Assembly: GCF_000150275.1 (NCBI RefSeq)
Contig: NW_002060945.1
Span: 8,758,011-8,822,010, forward strand
Reading direction: 5' to 3'
Length of the DNA: 64,000 nucleotides
Source of the DNA: Trichoplax adhaerens
Taxonomy: Eukaryota > Animalia > Placozoa
Position numbers and translations under genes: made by a program. Shown here in pieces: positions 48,924-61,881 of the stretch; positions within the stretch are counted from its first letter, which is position 1; every line of letters begins with the position of its first letter. The notes beneath the pieces were generated by a model. That model did not search any database and was not told where the DNA came from. It saw nothing but the letters and a program-made list of their open reading frames with translations.

Positions 48924-50932
48924 TTCATTTGTATTATATTCATATGGCCAACATTGTATCTTGTAAAAGTTTTATTTTCATTTGCGTAAATTATCTATTC
49001 ACATTGTGACTGGTAGTTTCTAGGGTATCCTACTTCGTTCTCACATCACTGATTAATCAATCAATTGGTGGTCGATCGTTATTCAAGTGGTAATCTACTT
49101 TATATCCAGTTTTACGAGCTATCGTGCATTACACGTAGCTTTTCTTGCCTTCCAATGGTAGGCTAATACTCTATATAACTTATTTTCTGTCTCATCGTCA
49201 TTTTATCATTCCATTAATGCAACTTTATCAATCCTTTATACTTTAAACTTACTCGTCTATACAGCTGTAGAAATTGGTAGTAAATATGTATTCTCGTGTA
49301 TTCGTCTACCAAAAACTTAAGCTGCAGATTCATTATACACGTATATACGTATAAAAGTATTTATTTGCAGTACAGTATGTGTTAACTCTGTCTAGTGGAA
49401 TAATCACTTGATTATACTACATACTATGAGCAGTGTTGTGAACGTTGCAAATCAATCAATAAAAATACATTCGACATTATGTGTCTGCAATTTTATTTTA
49501 ATTATTCTACTATTAATATCGAACATAATAATAATACATAACACAAGTTATAATGATCAAAGTGACGAAATGACTGTGACATTACGGAAAGAAACATGCT
49601 GATAATTATGTCATTAAAATTAATTAATCTACTATGGTATATTATTATCCAACCAAAAGACATTATATGGATAAAGAGTGAAATCGACTTCTTACTTCGT
49701 TAGTAAGTATTAAGGGCGTAAACACCAAATTTGAGGAACTTTCATTAGCAATATTTTCACAGAAGTCGTCGACAGTACTGTATGCAACTATACTAGAACA
49801 TTATACTTTTCCTACCATTAAAACGTTCAAACAAATCACAATGATATCGCATAATCAAAGAGTGCGAAGCTATAGCTTCTGTACAAATGTGCAAGAATAG
49901 ACCATATCAAGATAGCTAAATTATGAAATAGGCCGTTTTGCCTGTAGATATAAATGGCAAGAAATAGCTACTTCTAAGCAGTTATAACATCATGTTAAAA
50001 TGGCTTGTTTCATCGGATTTTCGCTCAAAAGTTTATAATGCCCTTAAGAAATCGGTCTCGTACAAAACCATTAGGAATGCAAGTACTGCATTCCGTAAAT
50101 AGCAAAAAATTACGAAATACTTGGTTAATTTTATCTGATAAAATTCCATTGCGATATATTTGCTGGTTCTTGAAGTGCTAGTCTCAATAAGAATATAGTG
50201 ATAATTTATCAAATAGTTTAAATAAGTATGTTCTGATTCTATATTTCAACGTTCTTAGATCAATTATATATTACGTAGACTACTAATAGACCGTATACGA
50301 GTAGGTGCATCTAGTTAGTAGTCCATGATATAACAGTATATTGATAATAAGATGCACACTAGCCTATACAGTGCATGCCACTTGTACTGTATACACACCT
50401 TTTAATATGAAAGCTTTCGCGGATTTATTGTTAATAATAAAACAAATTACATGCTCGTACTCCATATTCAATATTTAGAAAAAATTTTTCTTGCATAAAT
50501 ATGCCAGTAATATCATAATATACAAAAATTTATGAGTTTGTTAAAGAGATTTTTGCCAATTATATATTACTTATATGCAACAAAATCGGACGACAAGGAG
50601 TAAGACGAAAAACTAGACGACTATTTAATAAATATTGTACTGTTACATTGGTGTGCAGTTAATCAGTATTAGACCAAGTGTACAGTACAAGCCAACTAAA
50701 GACAATTTAAAAACGATTTTATAATACAGTACTTACAAGAGTACTGAGATTCGATGCATGAATGTGATTACAGCGTAGCGAATTAATACAGTATAAAAGG
50801 AGGGATATACCGCATTTGCGTTGTCGAATAATACAGTATAATACATACAATATAGTCAATGTACACGATAGATTCTACTGGCAAGTAATGGTATTATTTC
50901 AGTACAGTAACGATGAAATTTTATACGTTGTT

Positions 50933-53900
50933 TTAATCTTTCTTCTCTACAACTGAAGAGAAACTAATAATGTACATTTCATTTCCATAACTACATGCTA
51001 CTGTTGTATTGTCGATCTTTTGCATATGACTGACAAAGTTCGAGCAATCATATTCTCCAAGTGTAATGGTTCGCATTACACGACCACTTCTAACGTTCCA
51101 GACTACTATACAACCCTATTTATAAGACAAGAATAATACCACCGAGGCTTTAGCCATCAAATATAACTATCAACGTGGGCAAATAATCATCGTATTAATA
51201 AATTGAAAGTGTACCTGACTACCAGTAACCATTAATGCACTCGATAAGAGGGCAATACCACCAATAATGTTGTTTGACTACAGAAATAAAGCAAATTGAC
51301 TTCAAAGTTTAATATCTTCTAAGCTAAGTTAATTCTTGACCATTGTCATACCTGTACAATACGATGTATACAAACACCGGCACGATACTTCCATATGCAG
51401 AGTACATTGTCAATGCTAATGCTCACCGCATATTTATGATTACATTCTAGCACTGTAATTGCAGTCGTGTGTTCCTCACTTAGGTGATGCACACAACTAC
51501 CATTGCTTAGATCCCAGACTCTCAAACTACAATCAGCAGATCCGCTAACACAAAAGAAACCAGCACTCTAACATAAAGTTAATACAAAAAAACATCACAT
51601 TATATTCAGTTATGGTCACGTTATTATGATCCTTATATCATTAAATAAACGATGCTTGCTTACTAAATCAACATTGAGACATGAAACACTATCAGAATGG
51701 CCATGCAAAGTGTATGTACAACCATAGTCACTCAAACGCATAACCTTGAAAGTAATCCATGATATGTTAGTTGTTTATAACATTCTAATAGCGTTCACTT
51801 GATATTTAATATCGTCCTGACTTACTTTTATAGTTTTATCTTGGCTAGCAGTGATGGCGAACTCTTTTGCTATTTTTATTGTATTTAACGTCTCGTGATG
51901 CCATTTCTTCGTACACAATAGATTTATACTGGCTAATTGTGGCAGCTGAGGGTTATCATTTCCATAATTATTACTGGAACCACCATAAGGTTTAAAAGTA
52001 GATATTTGTAATATATCTATTCTTCCGTAAGAACGTCCCACAAAGATTCTATAATTTGCATAAATTAGTATTAAAATGATTTCATAACCATTACAAAAAA
52101 ACCTTTCTTACCTGTTTTTAATGGCCGATAAGCATGTTACGCCAGAAGAACATCCTCTGTAGCAACATAACCGATAATTGGACTGGATATCCCAAACCTT
52201 AATATAAAAAATACATACTTGATTTCTACTGAGTTAATCATGATAATTTACCTTAATCATTTCTTATGCAATACCTCAACACTCCCATCACAGCAACCGA
52301 TTATTATAATATTATCATGGCATAAAAGGCACCAAATTGCGGCATTAGATGAAGAATCGTAAAGATTTTGGAAATAATTTTCTGCTAGAGATCTTTTATT
52401 GTAGCTGTAATGTGTAAGGTTTAACAAGTGTCAAAATGATAAGGCACAACTCATTTTGTATTAGCATAATACAACAAATAAATGTAATTAATCTCGCTTA
52501 CCTTTCGTGCTCCTTAAGAATATTTTTGCTAGATACATATCCGTCTAGATAAATTAAAATTAATGTATAATAATAATTATAATTGTAAACTGTTTCTCAT
52601 AAAATAGCCCTAACAAAACTACACGAATTTCTAAAATTTTACTATGGTTCACTGGTTATAGTATTACCGACGCTGGACAAGGGCTGTCCATCTGGTAAAA
52701 CTGATAAATCTGAACGTCGCTGTCGTATTGTACCCTTGCCAAAATTCTCTTCTAAACGTTGAGCAACACTAACTGGGCGCATACTGGTTGCGAAGGTACT
52801 TTCTACTATTGTTCGTGAATTCACTTCGTCGCTTCTTGATCTCCGATGTGTTTTGTACATTGGTGAAACCGGAGACCTAGCTACATCACCGAAGTAAGTT
52901 GACTGACTTCCAGTCATCCCTAAATGAGCTGGTGCAATTTCGCCTTGCATGTACCCATACATTCTAGCGTTCCCTCTGACTGGCATGCCTAATAAGCTAT
53001 CATCATAATGATTTCGAAGTCTGTCCATTCTTGGGCGAGGTAGAGGCAATATTTCATTCCTTCGTAATATGCAATATTGTTCACCAGTGATAACGTTCCA
53101 CGCAATCACTTTGCCTTCAAGACAAGAAGTAACAAGGGTGGAACCATTAGAATCTAAACATTCTATGTCTTGCCCATGGCCTCTAAGTATGATGGGGGCA
53201 TTATCTGCTATAGTGGTACGATACTGAGGAGGCTGGCACATACGGATAAACCACAATAATATATCTCTAGTTGTTGGCAATAAGTATTTCATGAGTACCG
53301 TCAATGTATAGCAGATTATAATGAATAATATTAGCACCGCAAAAACTAAATATACGCCATCAATCGATATTACAGATATATCTTCCTGTTTTGTTAAATT
53401 CATTACATCAACCGACATTCGCCCAGGTTTCGAACTATATTCACGTTTTAATACTACAGGTGACAATAGCCCAATGTGCATACCAGCCAGATGATAGTTA
53501 TTAAGACTTAACAGGCGGTACCAAGCTTCCCAAGGCAGCTGAGAAGTAGTTGACGAAGCCTCCGATGATTCCGTTGCAACAATGTTTCGAACTGATCTTT
53601 GTATTTTCAAGCCAATTTTCCACAAGAGCCTGCTTTCGCTCTCCACTTCCATGTTACTAAAAAAGTGAGGGGATTCTACACTGACTCTCTGTACATTGCC
53701 AGACCCATTTGGAGCCATTGATGGGAATACAATGTAAGTAATTACATATAAAATGTATCCAATCATGCATAGCTGATAGCAAGGAGAAACAAAATCGGGA
53801 GGTAAATAAGAAGTAATTATAAAAGAGGGATATATTAACTTAAATGCTAAAATTGATTACCAGTAATACTCTTTGAACGATGCGCGTTCTTGCCCAAAAA

Positions 53901-56900
53901 CTAAAGGCAAATGCAAGACGTTTCGGCATTTTAGCTTGTCTTGTAAATGATGGAGACATGAAATTTTCATCGGAGCCTTTACTTTGAAACGTTTCATCAA
54001 TAGATTTAATGGGCTGTTCCTCTACTTCACCTTCACCTGGAACGTCAATTTATAGTGACCCACATTATTTAAAAATACAAGTAAAACTAGTGATTATGTC
54101 ATGCAGAATTGCACTATATTAATGCTTTACTATTGTCTGATTTACTGCACATACTTAAAGCATCTTCTTTTCTGATATTTTGCTTATTTAAATCTGTCAA
54201 CTGAAGCAGAATTTAGCAATTTAGAAACCTCCAATATTTCTTAATGAACAAATTGTTATATACGAGATAATCACATCCAATATTACCTCAATTCTTCTAA
54301 TTTCGATAGCAAGGACAGGGACGAAAAAAAACATTTGTAGAAAGTACTCTGATATAACAGCAACAGAAGCAAAAACACAAAATTCCTAGAAGGTAATAAT
54401 CTATCATTAGTATCAAGTCAACAAATAATATTGAGCAGAAACTAGATGCATGTATGAGATTGTCACTTATACAACCTGAATAGCAGGAACATTGATAAAA
54501 TAGCCAGCTAATAAGGTAATGACTTCGAAGAAAAATGTTTTCCAAATAGACCAACCTTCTTTGCTGAGCCCTAGGAAAGCATAAGTTTCAAATTGTATAC
54601 GATTTGGGATTATGAAGAGGTATATTAATGTGATCAATATTACTACCTTCTGCAATCCTTTCCCGAACTTCCAAATCCATAGGTGTAGATACTACAGACT
54701 TTGTAATGATTAAGATATTCTCTAAGCCAATAATGATGATAATATACGGATAGATTTCTCTATATCATACCGAATGTAAAGGTAATATAATAAGGACGAC
54801 ATGATAGGAATGTAAATTAAGAAAGGATGAATAAATATATAAGTAAAACGAACTAACCGATTCTGAAGAGTACTATCCAATTGTAGATAAGTGCTAATGC
54901 CTAGCGGCATGGTCAAAGCGGCAAATATAGTACATACAGCGCTGAAAGCTAGTGCCCACTTTGATCGTACCATTTCAATTTTTGCTACAACAAAGTCAAA
55001 TTGTCCTTGTATGAATACTTGGGGTAAAATTTATGTGTTCATTCATGTCGAATAGTCTTACCAACGGAAAAGGCAATGTATAGAAAAACGATTACGTGCG
55101 TTAACAGTAATGGTAGCAACTCCAAAATACCCGATGCTTCCTGCAATGTATAAAAATAATTACTTTTAGCATCAACACAATTGATAACTTGAAGGTATAT
55201 TGATACTTGATCAATATCTATCTTAGAGAATTCAAGATAGAAAAGAAATCGTAGTCGCGACGATAATAAGCTGTTCTTACTGAGTAGTAAATATGTTGAA
55301 TATGCGTGCTACTAGCAAGCCCAAAGTTATGGGAAACGTTGAAATCTCTATAATAAAATTTTCCTAGATATTCATGTAATTCTTTTAAAAATCTAAAGGG
55401 ATAAAAATAAAAGATAGATGGTATAATGTCATAAAATTTCATGTGTATCTGGCCATTGCTGTACCAAGAAAGAACTAAAATTTATTGGATGCGCAGCCTC
55501 AAATTTTGATTAAGATTACCTATTCTCGAAGGATGACATTACTACAGAAACAGAAAAAATTCGCTTGACATAATTTCCGGGAACAGTCTGTTGCTGAAAA
55601 CCACTAGCCAATACTGGTACCCCAATGAGCAGATCTTTCAAATAGAGAGAACAAATATTCGTATAGTCCATATTTATTTTAACTCAAGCTACCTATTTCA
55701 TTTTAGTACAAAATGCTTTCCATTGCCAAGTTAATTACTGCAACGATACTACAATTAGCAATGCTAACTCTAGCTGGTATATACAGTATATGATATTAAT
55801 TTCAGTATCTATCTTAGATTTATTGCTAAACCATTTTTACCGGCATTGCTATGTTCTATAATCCTTTCAATTACATTCTTATCACTGTTAAAGCTAAAAT
55901 ATATCAAAGGTGGTTAATATAAGTTAGAGAATATTGACTTCAAGATAGCATGACTATGTGGTAATCAGTAGAATAAATATTGTTTATAAGCGATGATTTC
56001 ATTACCTGGATAGGTTCGGCCAAAAGTTAGTAGGTGCAGCTATAATACAGTCATTGATCGATGATGAAAATAAAGTTTTATGTCCTTTAGCCTTAAAGCA
56101 GAAATTGCCTATTTTCTTCCCAGATAAACTACATCAAAAGGAAGAAATACATTGTTAAGAGCTTGAAGGTATTGTAGGGGTAGGTAGAAAGTATAGAAAT
56201 TTTGTATGTGAAATGTGAAGATTACTACATGATTGTCAATAAGATTTTGGAAGCTATCAAGCGCTTCTGTAATTGTATAATTTATTGACGCATAGGAATA
56301 GTTGTCCAAAATATATGTCAATACAGTGAATAGTTAAGAGGATAGATACCTTTTAAAATTTGTAATGTTATCGACCAGATAAAAGGAATGAAGTAACGTC
56401 TTTTTGTTCATTTCTTCTTCAGTCCACAGTTTCGACTTGACATCGTCATAATAAATTTCCATGATATATCTTTGTATGTATAGTACAGGCTTGCCAGTAA
56501 ACTTTTAGGTCAATACATAGGAAAAATAGCAATCATTTTAAGAAATTTCCACAGTGAGTGGATAAGGTTAGCTATCCTAAGCTCTATACATCAGTAATAA
56601 GTTAAAGTAATCTCTCTCTCTCCTGATGTTCAAAAGTACAAAAGTAACTATTTTTAATTTGTTCTAATCGCTTGCATCACTACAGATGCTGCCACGATAC
56701 GATTGTAGACAGGCTTTAACAGACGGCAACATCGGCTGTATATTATGGATACTTGCTGTCAACATTGATGACAAGTATCAATAACATTTGACTAGGCAGC
56801 ACAAGTAGACTATTCTAAGGTAAGATATTAACCTTGAAATTGATGTCGTCATCGTATCTAATAATAACAACAATGAACTATTTCTTCGGACTTTATCAAA

Positions 56901-57727
56901 TCAATACAATCTATAATGTAGTAATAGGTTTAAACGATGTATCAGGCTTTGTGTTTCTACTCCATGCTAACTGACTGGAAAAGTCTTGGGGTTTTGTTTA
57001 CACCGACGAATGCTATTTGTGTACAGTAGTAGTATCTCTTACCCATTTTGGATATTTAACACCATCCTTGGAAAAGGTGCCTTCTTTTTCTTTATACAAG
57101 CTTAGATTAGTGGTGAAGGTACGTTCCTGTTCATTAGCACTGACAGTTTGGCGATTGAGTAGCGGTGAACTAATAGCAAGAAAAAGAAAAAGTTGTTTCT
57201 TGTTGTGCAAGCATATCTCATAACACGTAAAATAATCATATCATTGTATTGCTCTACAGGCCAAACACACTTTGAAATTGAATTATGGTCTGTAGTCTAA
57301 TAAAAGGTGGTTGACGGCGGTATTGTACGGGTAGCAATACAGTGCAGTGGACGCATGTTGATGACACTTTTTATAAGCGTATCGACATTTGAATATTATT
57401 GACTATGATGGTGCAGCCTGCGACATGAAGCTGCTTCCACCGTGATGTCAGTGTATTTGGTGGTGCAAATAACTTGCAAAGGACAACTTGTTAACTGGTA
57501 TGGAAATCAATGCAAGAATTATTGACGTTGTGGCTTAGTAATGTTAGATGATGATGATTGAATCATGGATGGAGATGGACAACATTTCCTTACCTACAAA
57601 GCAATACAATGAATATTGTTATGCAGAGGACCGTCTTTGAATATTTGGCGCACAGCAGACCATGGTAATAGTATATTTTGGATATTTGACGTCGGCATAG
57701 ATGACGTATGGTATTAATAATGAGCAT
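50933..57727 (-). CDS. SCAP: SREBP cleavage-activating protein (sterol-sensing domain + WD40), multi-exon
   Basis: N-terminus [18 protein letters not shown]. Sterol-sensing domain [34 protein letters not shown]...[36 protein letters not shown]...PAIQEFCVFA...[23 protein letters not shown]. Loop 7 [16 protein letters not shown]40 [15 protein letters not shown]-terminus [11 protein letters not shown]. An alternative upstream ATG lies at 57805. Confidence 0.96.
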
Positions 57728-59130
57728 GATCGTAAGAAATAGAAGGCCAAACAACGATTTGTGAAATAAAGGTGAAGAGTTGGAGGAAGAATGGGTCGAA
57801 GTCATGAATCCACCATTTTCTTGACTCCACTACTTTTCATAACTTGACTGAGACAGTCTACTCTAGTCCAGTGCGACGACAGCTTCCAGTTGATTCTCTT
57901 CACCGAAGGAAATTTGATTTATAATCCACTCGACTAGAATTTGCACCTAGTGTGAGGCTTAAAGAGTGTAGTCGTCCATGACTGCCATAATGACGAATAA
58001 GGAGTGGATTTGGCAGGCACTTTTTTCCAATAATTGAGCAACGATTGCTTTCAGGTAATACTCGTCTGTATGCTAGCGGGGCCTGTGGTCACAGTTAGTT
58101 TTCTTTCTTTCCTAGTCACAGTCTTCCAAAGTCCACTCATCCTGGTGTCTGTCAGTCAGTTACGCTTTCTGCAAGCGCGATTTACATCCTATGATGCAAG
58201 ACCGGACCGGGTACGGTACGGAATGAGACTGAAAGGTGACGTTTCAGTCCATTGTAGAACACGACGGTGTGTCCGTCCAGTACAGTCCATACTGCATACT
58301 GTAGGGTGGTCCATGTCGTAAGACAGGCTACTAATACAGTACTGTACAGTACAGCATATGGATTATGGTAGAGTGCAGTGTGTATACTGTGCAGTACAAT
58401 CTGATTATTTTCAATGTCTCCTCTTGGTTAAAAAATCAAAGTTGTATTCCGTTGAAATTCCTGTATATAGTATTTATATATACCCATAGAATTCTTAGGC
58501 TACAACCAAATATAGAACTTATCTCGTTTGGGCCTGACTTAGCTTCTATAATTCTATGTTTTCAGGGTGCCATCGAAAATAATGACACAGTAGATCAGTG
58601 AACGAAAGAGAAATTCAAGTCCTAGGCCGGACCGGACCAGACCGGATAGACTACAGTACACAGTACTGTAGTCCATGACTGTACACTGTACGTACAGTAC
58701 AGTACACAAGTGTCACTATGCACAATCAAACACTGTAAATTGAAATTGCATATTTGCATCAAGCATCTTCTTTCCAATCAAATGATAGCAAATTTATCTA
58801 AAAAGGACTTGAAATTAGAATTTCATACAAGTTTAAATAGTGGGAAAGACTTGTCAGACACCCTCAGTACAGTACAGTTCTCTTTAAAGGGTCTCTGGTC
58901 GACTGTACTCTACAGTATGCCGACAGAGAACAATTTTTTCTACTGCGCAATAGTGTACAGTACTGCAGACACGGACGCTACCATTCCAATGAATGAAAAT
59001 AGACTGCGTCGATACAGTACTGTAGTGGGTGGCACAATCATCGGCAGTAGTACAGTACTGTAGGTAGGTAGGCATGACTCAGGCGTCGCATTGTATTGAA
59101 TGTCATACGATGCGGGGTCAAGTCGTCAGC

Positions 59131-59838
59131 TGATATCCAAATTCATTTGCAGTTGTCATTAATAGTAATTCTAATAATTGATTATTAGAATATGCTGTAC
59201 AAGGATAAATAGGCTGGATATGACTTAAAGCTCTCAACATTGACTTCTATCTTGGTACCCGTCAAATTGGACAGGGAATCTGATATCCAAATTCATTTGC
59301 AGTTGTCATCAATAGTAATTCTAATAATCAATTATTAGAATATGCTGTACAAGGATAAATAGGCTGGATATGACTTAACTGCTACTTGATGACTGTGTAC
59401 ATTGTTGCAGAATAGCAATGCATCAGGATGCTATTGAGTGTGTTCTGTCATTGGATTGCAAACATCGGGATCGCCTTTTTTGGGAGCTAAGGCAACGTGG
59501 GAATAAAACGGTCAACATTGACTTCTATCTTGGTACCCGTCAAATTGGACAGGGAATCTGATATCCAAATTCATTTGCAGTTGTCATCAATAGTAATTCT
59601 AATAATCAATTATTAGAATATGCTGTACAAGGATAAATAGGCTGGATATGACTTAACTGCTACTTGATGACTGTGTACATTGTTGCAGAATAGCAATGCA
59701 TCAGGATGCTATTGAGTGTGTTCTGTCATTGGATTGCAAACATCGGGATCGCCTTTTCTTGGGAGCTAAGGCAACGTGGGAATAAAACGGTCAACATTGA
59801 CTTCTACCTTGGTACCCGTCAAATTGGACAGGGAATCA
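59131..59838. repeat. Tandem repeat, ~278-bp unit (two full copies plus one deleted copy)
   Basis: TGATATCCAAATTCATTTGCAG at 59131, 59281 and 59559. AACATTGACTTCTAYCTTGGTACCCG at 59236, 59514 and 59793. Confidence 0.95.
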
Positions 59839-60809
59839 TTTTTTCTTGTACAGTAGTATCAATAGATAAGTTGCAGTATTGTACTCAAGTCGATGGATTA
59901 CTCTCTGCAAAGGAAAGCCTTTAAAGTAATACAGCAGCACTAGATTTGCAAATTGTGTCCAGATGACATCATCAATACGCGGCCTCGTAGAAGGAGTGCA
60001 CGCTTAATTGCACAGTACACATGATAGACATGAGTGTAGTAAACCAGCATGAGTTGTACGCGGCAGTAGTAGCATTGTACAGTATACTCTTCTACGTACC
60101 ATATTGTACAATAGAATAGGCACAGCTGTAGTTGATCAAAGTAAAATGGATAATTGTGTACCGTGTAGTTGTTTCTTGTGGTCTAGCAAAGAGTTGAGAT
60201 ACACAAGATCAGTAAAATCGATTTTTCTTGAGGAGCAAGATGAGAAGAGCGACGAGAATGAGTACAGTATACGAAAGCGAATCCTCACAAGTGCCGACAG
60301 CATAGTTAAGACTCAAGAGTCAATACTGTAGAGGTAGTGTGATGTAATACCTGCAAAGAACGTATAGCTGCCAACGTCTGATTGGCTAGTGCATTGAGAT
60401 GAGATAGGCTTAGTTCCATACTATGCGCGTACATATTGTCCAATTTCGATATCCATACGAACAAGTCACTTGTAGTATAATCTAGGATATAGGACATACT
60501 GTAGTTTGCAAGATCTGTTTTGGATGAATTGATGGATACATCTACTGCTGCAAAGCAATTGACTATTATTGTTTATTTCAAATCCGTTCTTTTCGATATA
60601 TCGCGAGCTACTTTGCGCATGTAGAAATTGGATGCTCGCCTGGCAAACACGATGCTTCAGCAGAGTATTGATGATAAAAGCTGGTCAATTGCAAAACCGA
60701 TTCTTACCATCCATGAGATCGGCTAGCAATCAAAAGTAGGAAATGAGCTGGATTTGGCATATTCTGCATGTTGCAGTACTGTACTTGTAGTTTCCAAGTA
60801 CAAATAGAC

Positions 60810-61335
60810 AGTGTAGAGAAGTAGGTTCTTTCATGCAGTGTATTGGTTATTTTTGGTAGATAACTAGCTACTAATAAAGGCCTCCAAAGCCTCAATGCCC
60901 GTCGAGTGCTGTACTCAGTGTAGAGAAGTACTTTAGGTTCTTTAATGCAGTACTGTACTGTACAGTATATTGGTTATTCTTGGTAGACAACTAGCTACTA
61001 ATAAAGGCCCCCAAAGCCTCAATGCCTGTCGAGTGCTGTACTCAGTGTAGAGAAGTACTTTAGGTTCTTTAATGCAGTACAGTATATTGGTTATTCTTGG
61101 TAGACAACTAGCTACTAATAAAGGCCCCCAAAGCCTCAATGTCCGTCGAGTACTGTACTCAGTGTAGAGAAGTACTTTAGGTTCTTTAATGCAGTACTGT
61201 ATATTGGTTATTCTTGGTAGGCAACTGCTAATAAAGGCCCCCAAAGCCTTAACTTAATTAATGTCCGTCGAGTGCTGTACTCAGTGTAGAGAAGTAGGTT
61301 TAAAGGCCCCCCAAAGCCTCAATGTCCGTCGAGTG
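60810..61335. repeat. Tandem repeat, ~117-bp unit, ~4-5 copies
   Basis: GTAGAGAAGTA at ~60812, 60920, 61047, 61164 and 61286, with repeated TAAAGGCCCCCAAAGCCTCAATG. Confidence 0.93.
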
Positions 61336-61881
61336 CTGCTGTGCTCAGTATCATTTCGTGCTCAACTCATATTGCACTCAGCGATTCTGTTGTACAGTGT
61401 ACAGTACAGTCCTGTACAGTGTTTTGACTGGGCAATTGGCACTGTAGCCAAGTTTGACTTTACTGTCATTGGATAGCACTCCATCCATCTTGATATCGCT
61501 TTTCAAGCACCTTGCATTGCGGATACTTGAACTTGTCTGAAAGCTTGTGATGTATTTGTTAATTGTACCTGTTATTCAGTAACGAATTCATCTTATTAAG
61601 CCTCAATGTCCGTCGAGTGCTGCTGTGCTCAGTATCATTTCGTGCTCAACTCATATTGCACTCAGCGATTCTGTTGTACAGTGTACAGTACAGTCCTGTA
61701 CAGTGTTTTGACTGGGCAATTGGCACTGTAGCCAAGTTTGACTTTACTGTCATTGGATAGCACTCCATCCATCTTGATATCGCTTTTCAAGCACCTTGCA
61801 TTGCGGATACTTGAACTTGTCTGAAAGCTTGTGATGTATTTGTTAATTGTACCTGTTATTCAGTAACGAATTCATCTTATT
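61314..61881. repeat. Apparently exact tandem duplication, 284 bp x2
   Basis: AAGCCTCAATGTCCGTCGAGTGCTGCTG...TCATCTTATT at 61314-61597 and 61598-61881. The ORF track gives matching peptides for both copies. Confidence 0.96.
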
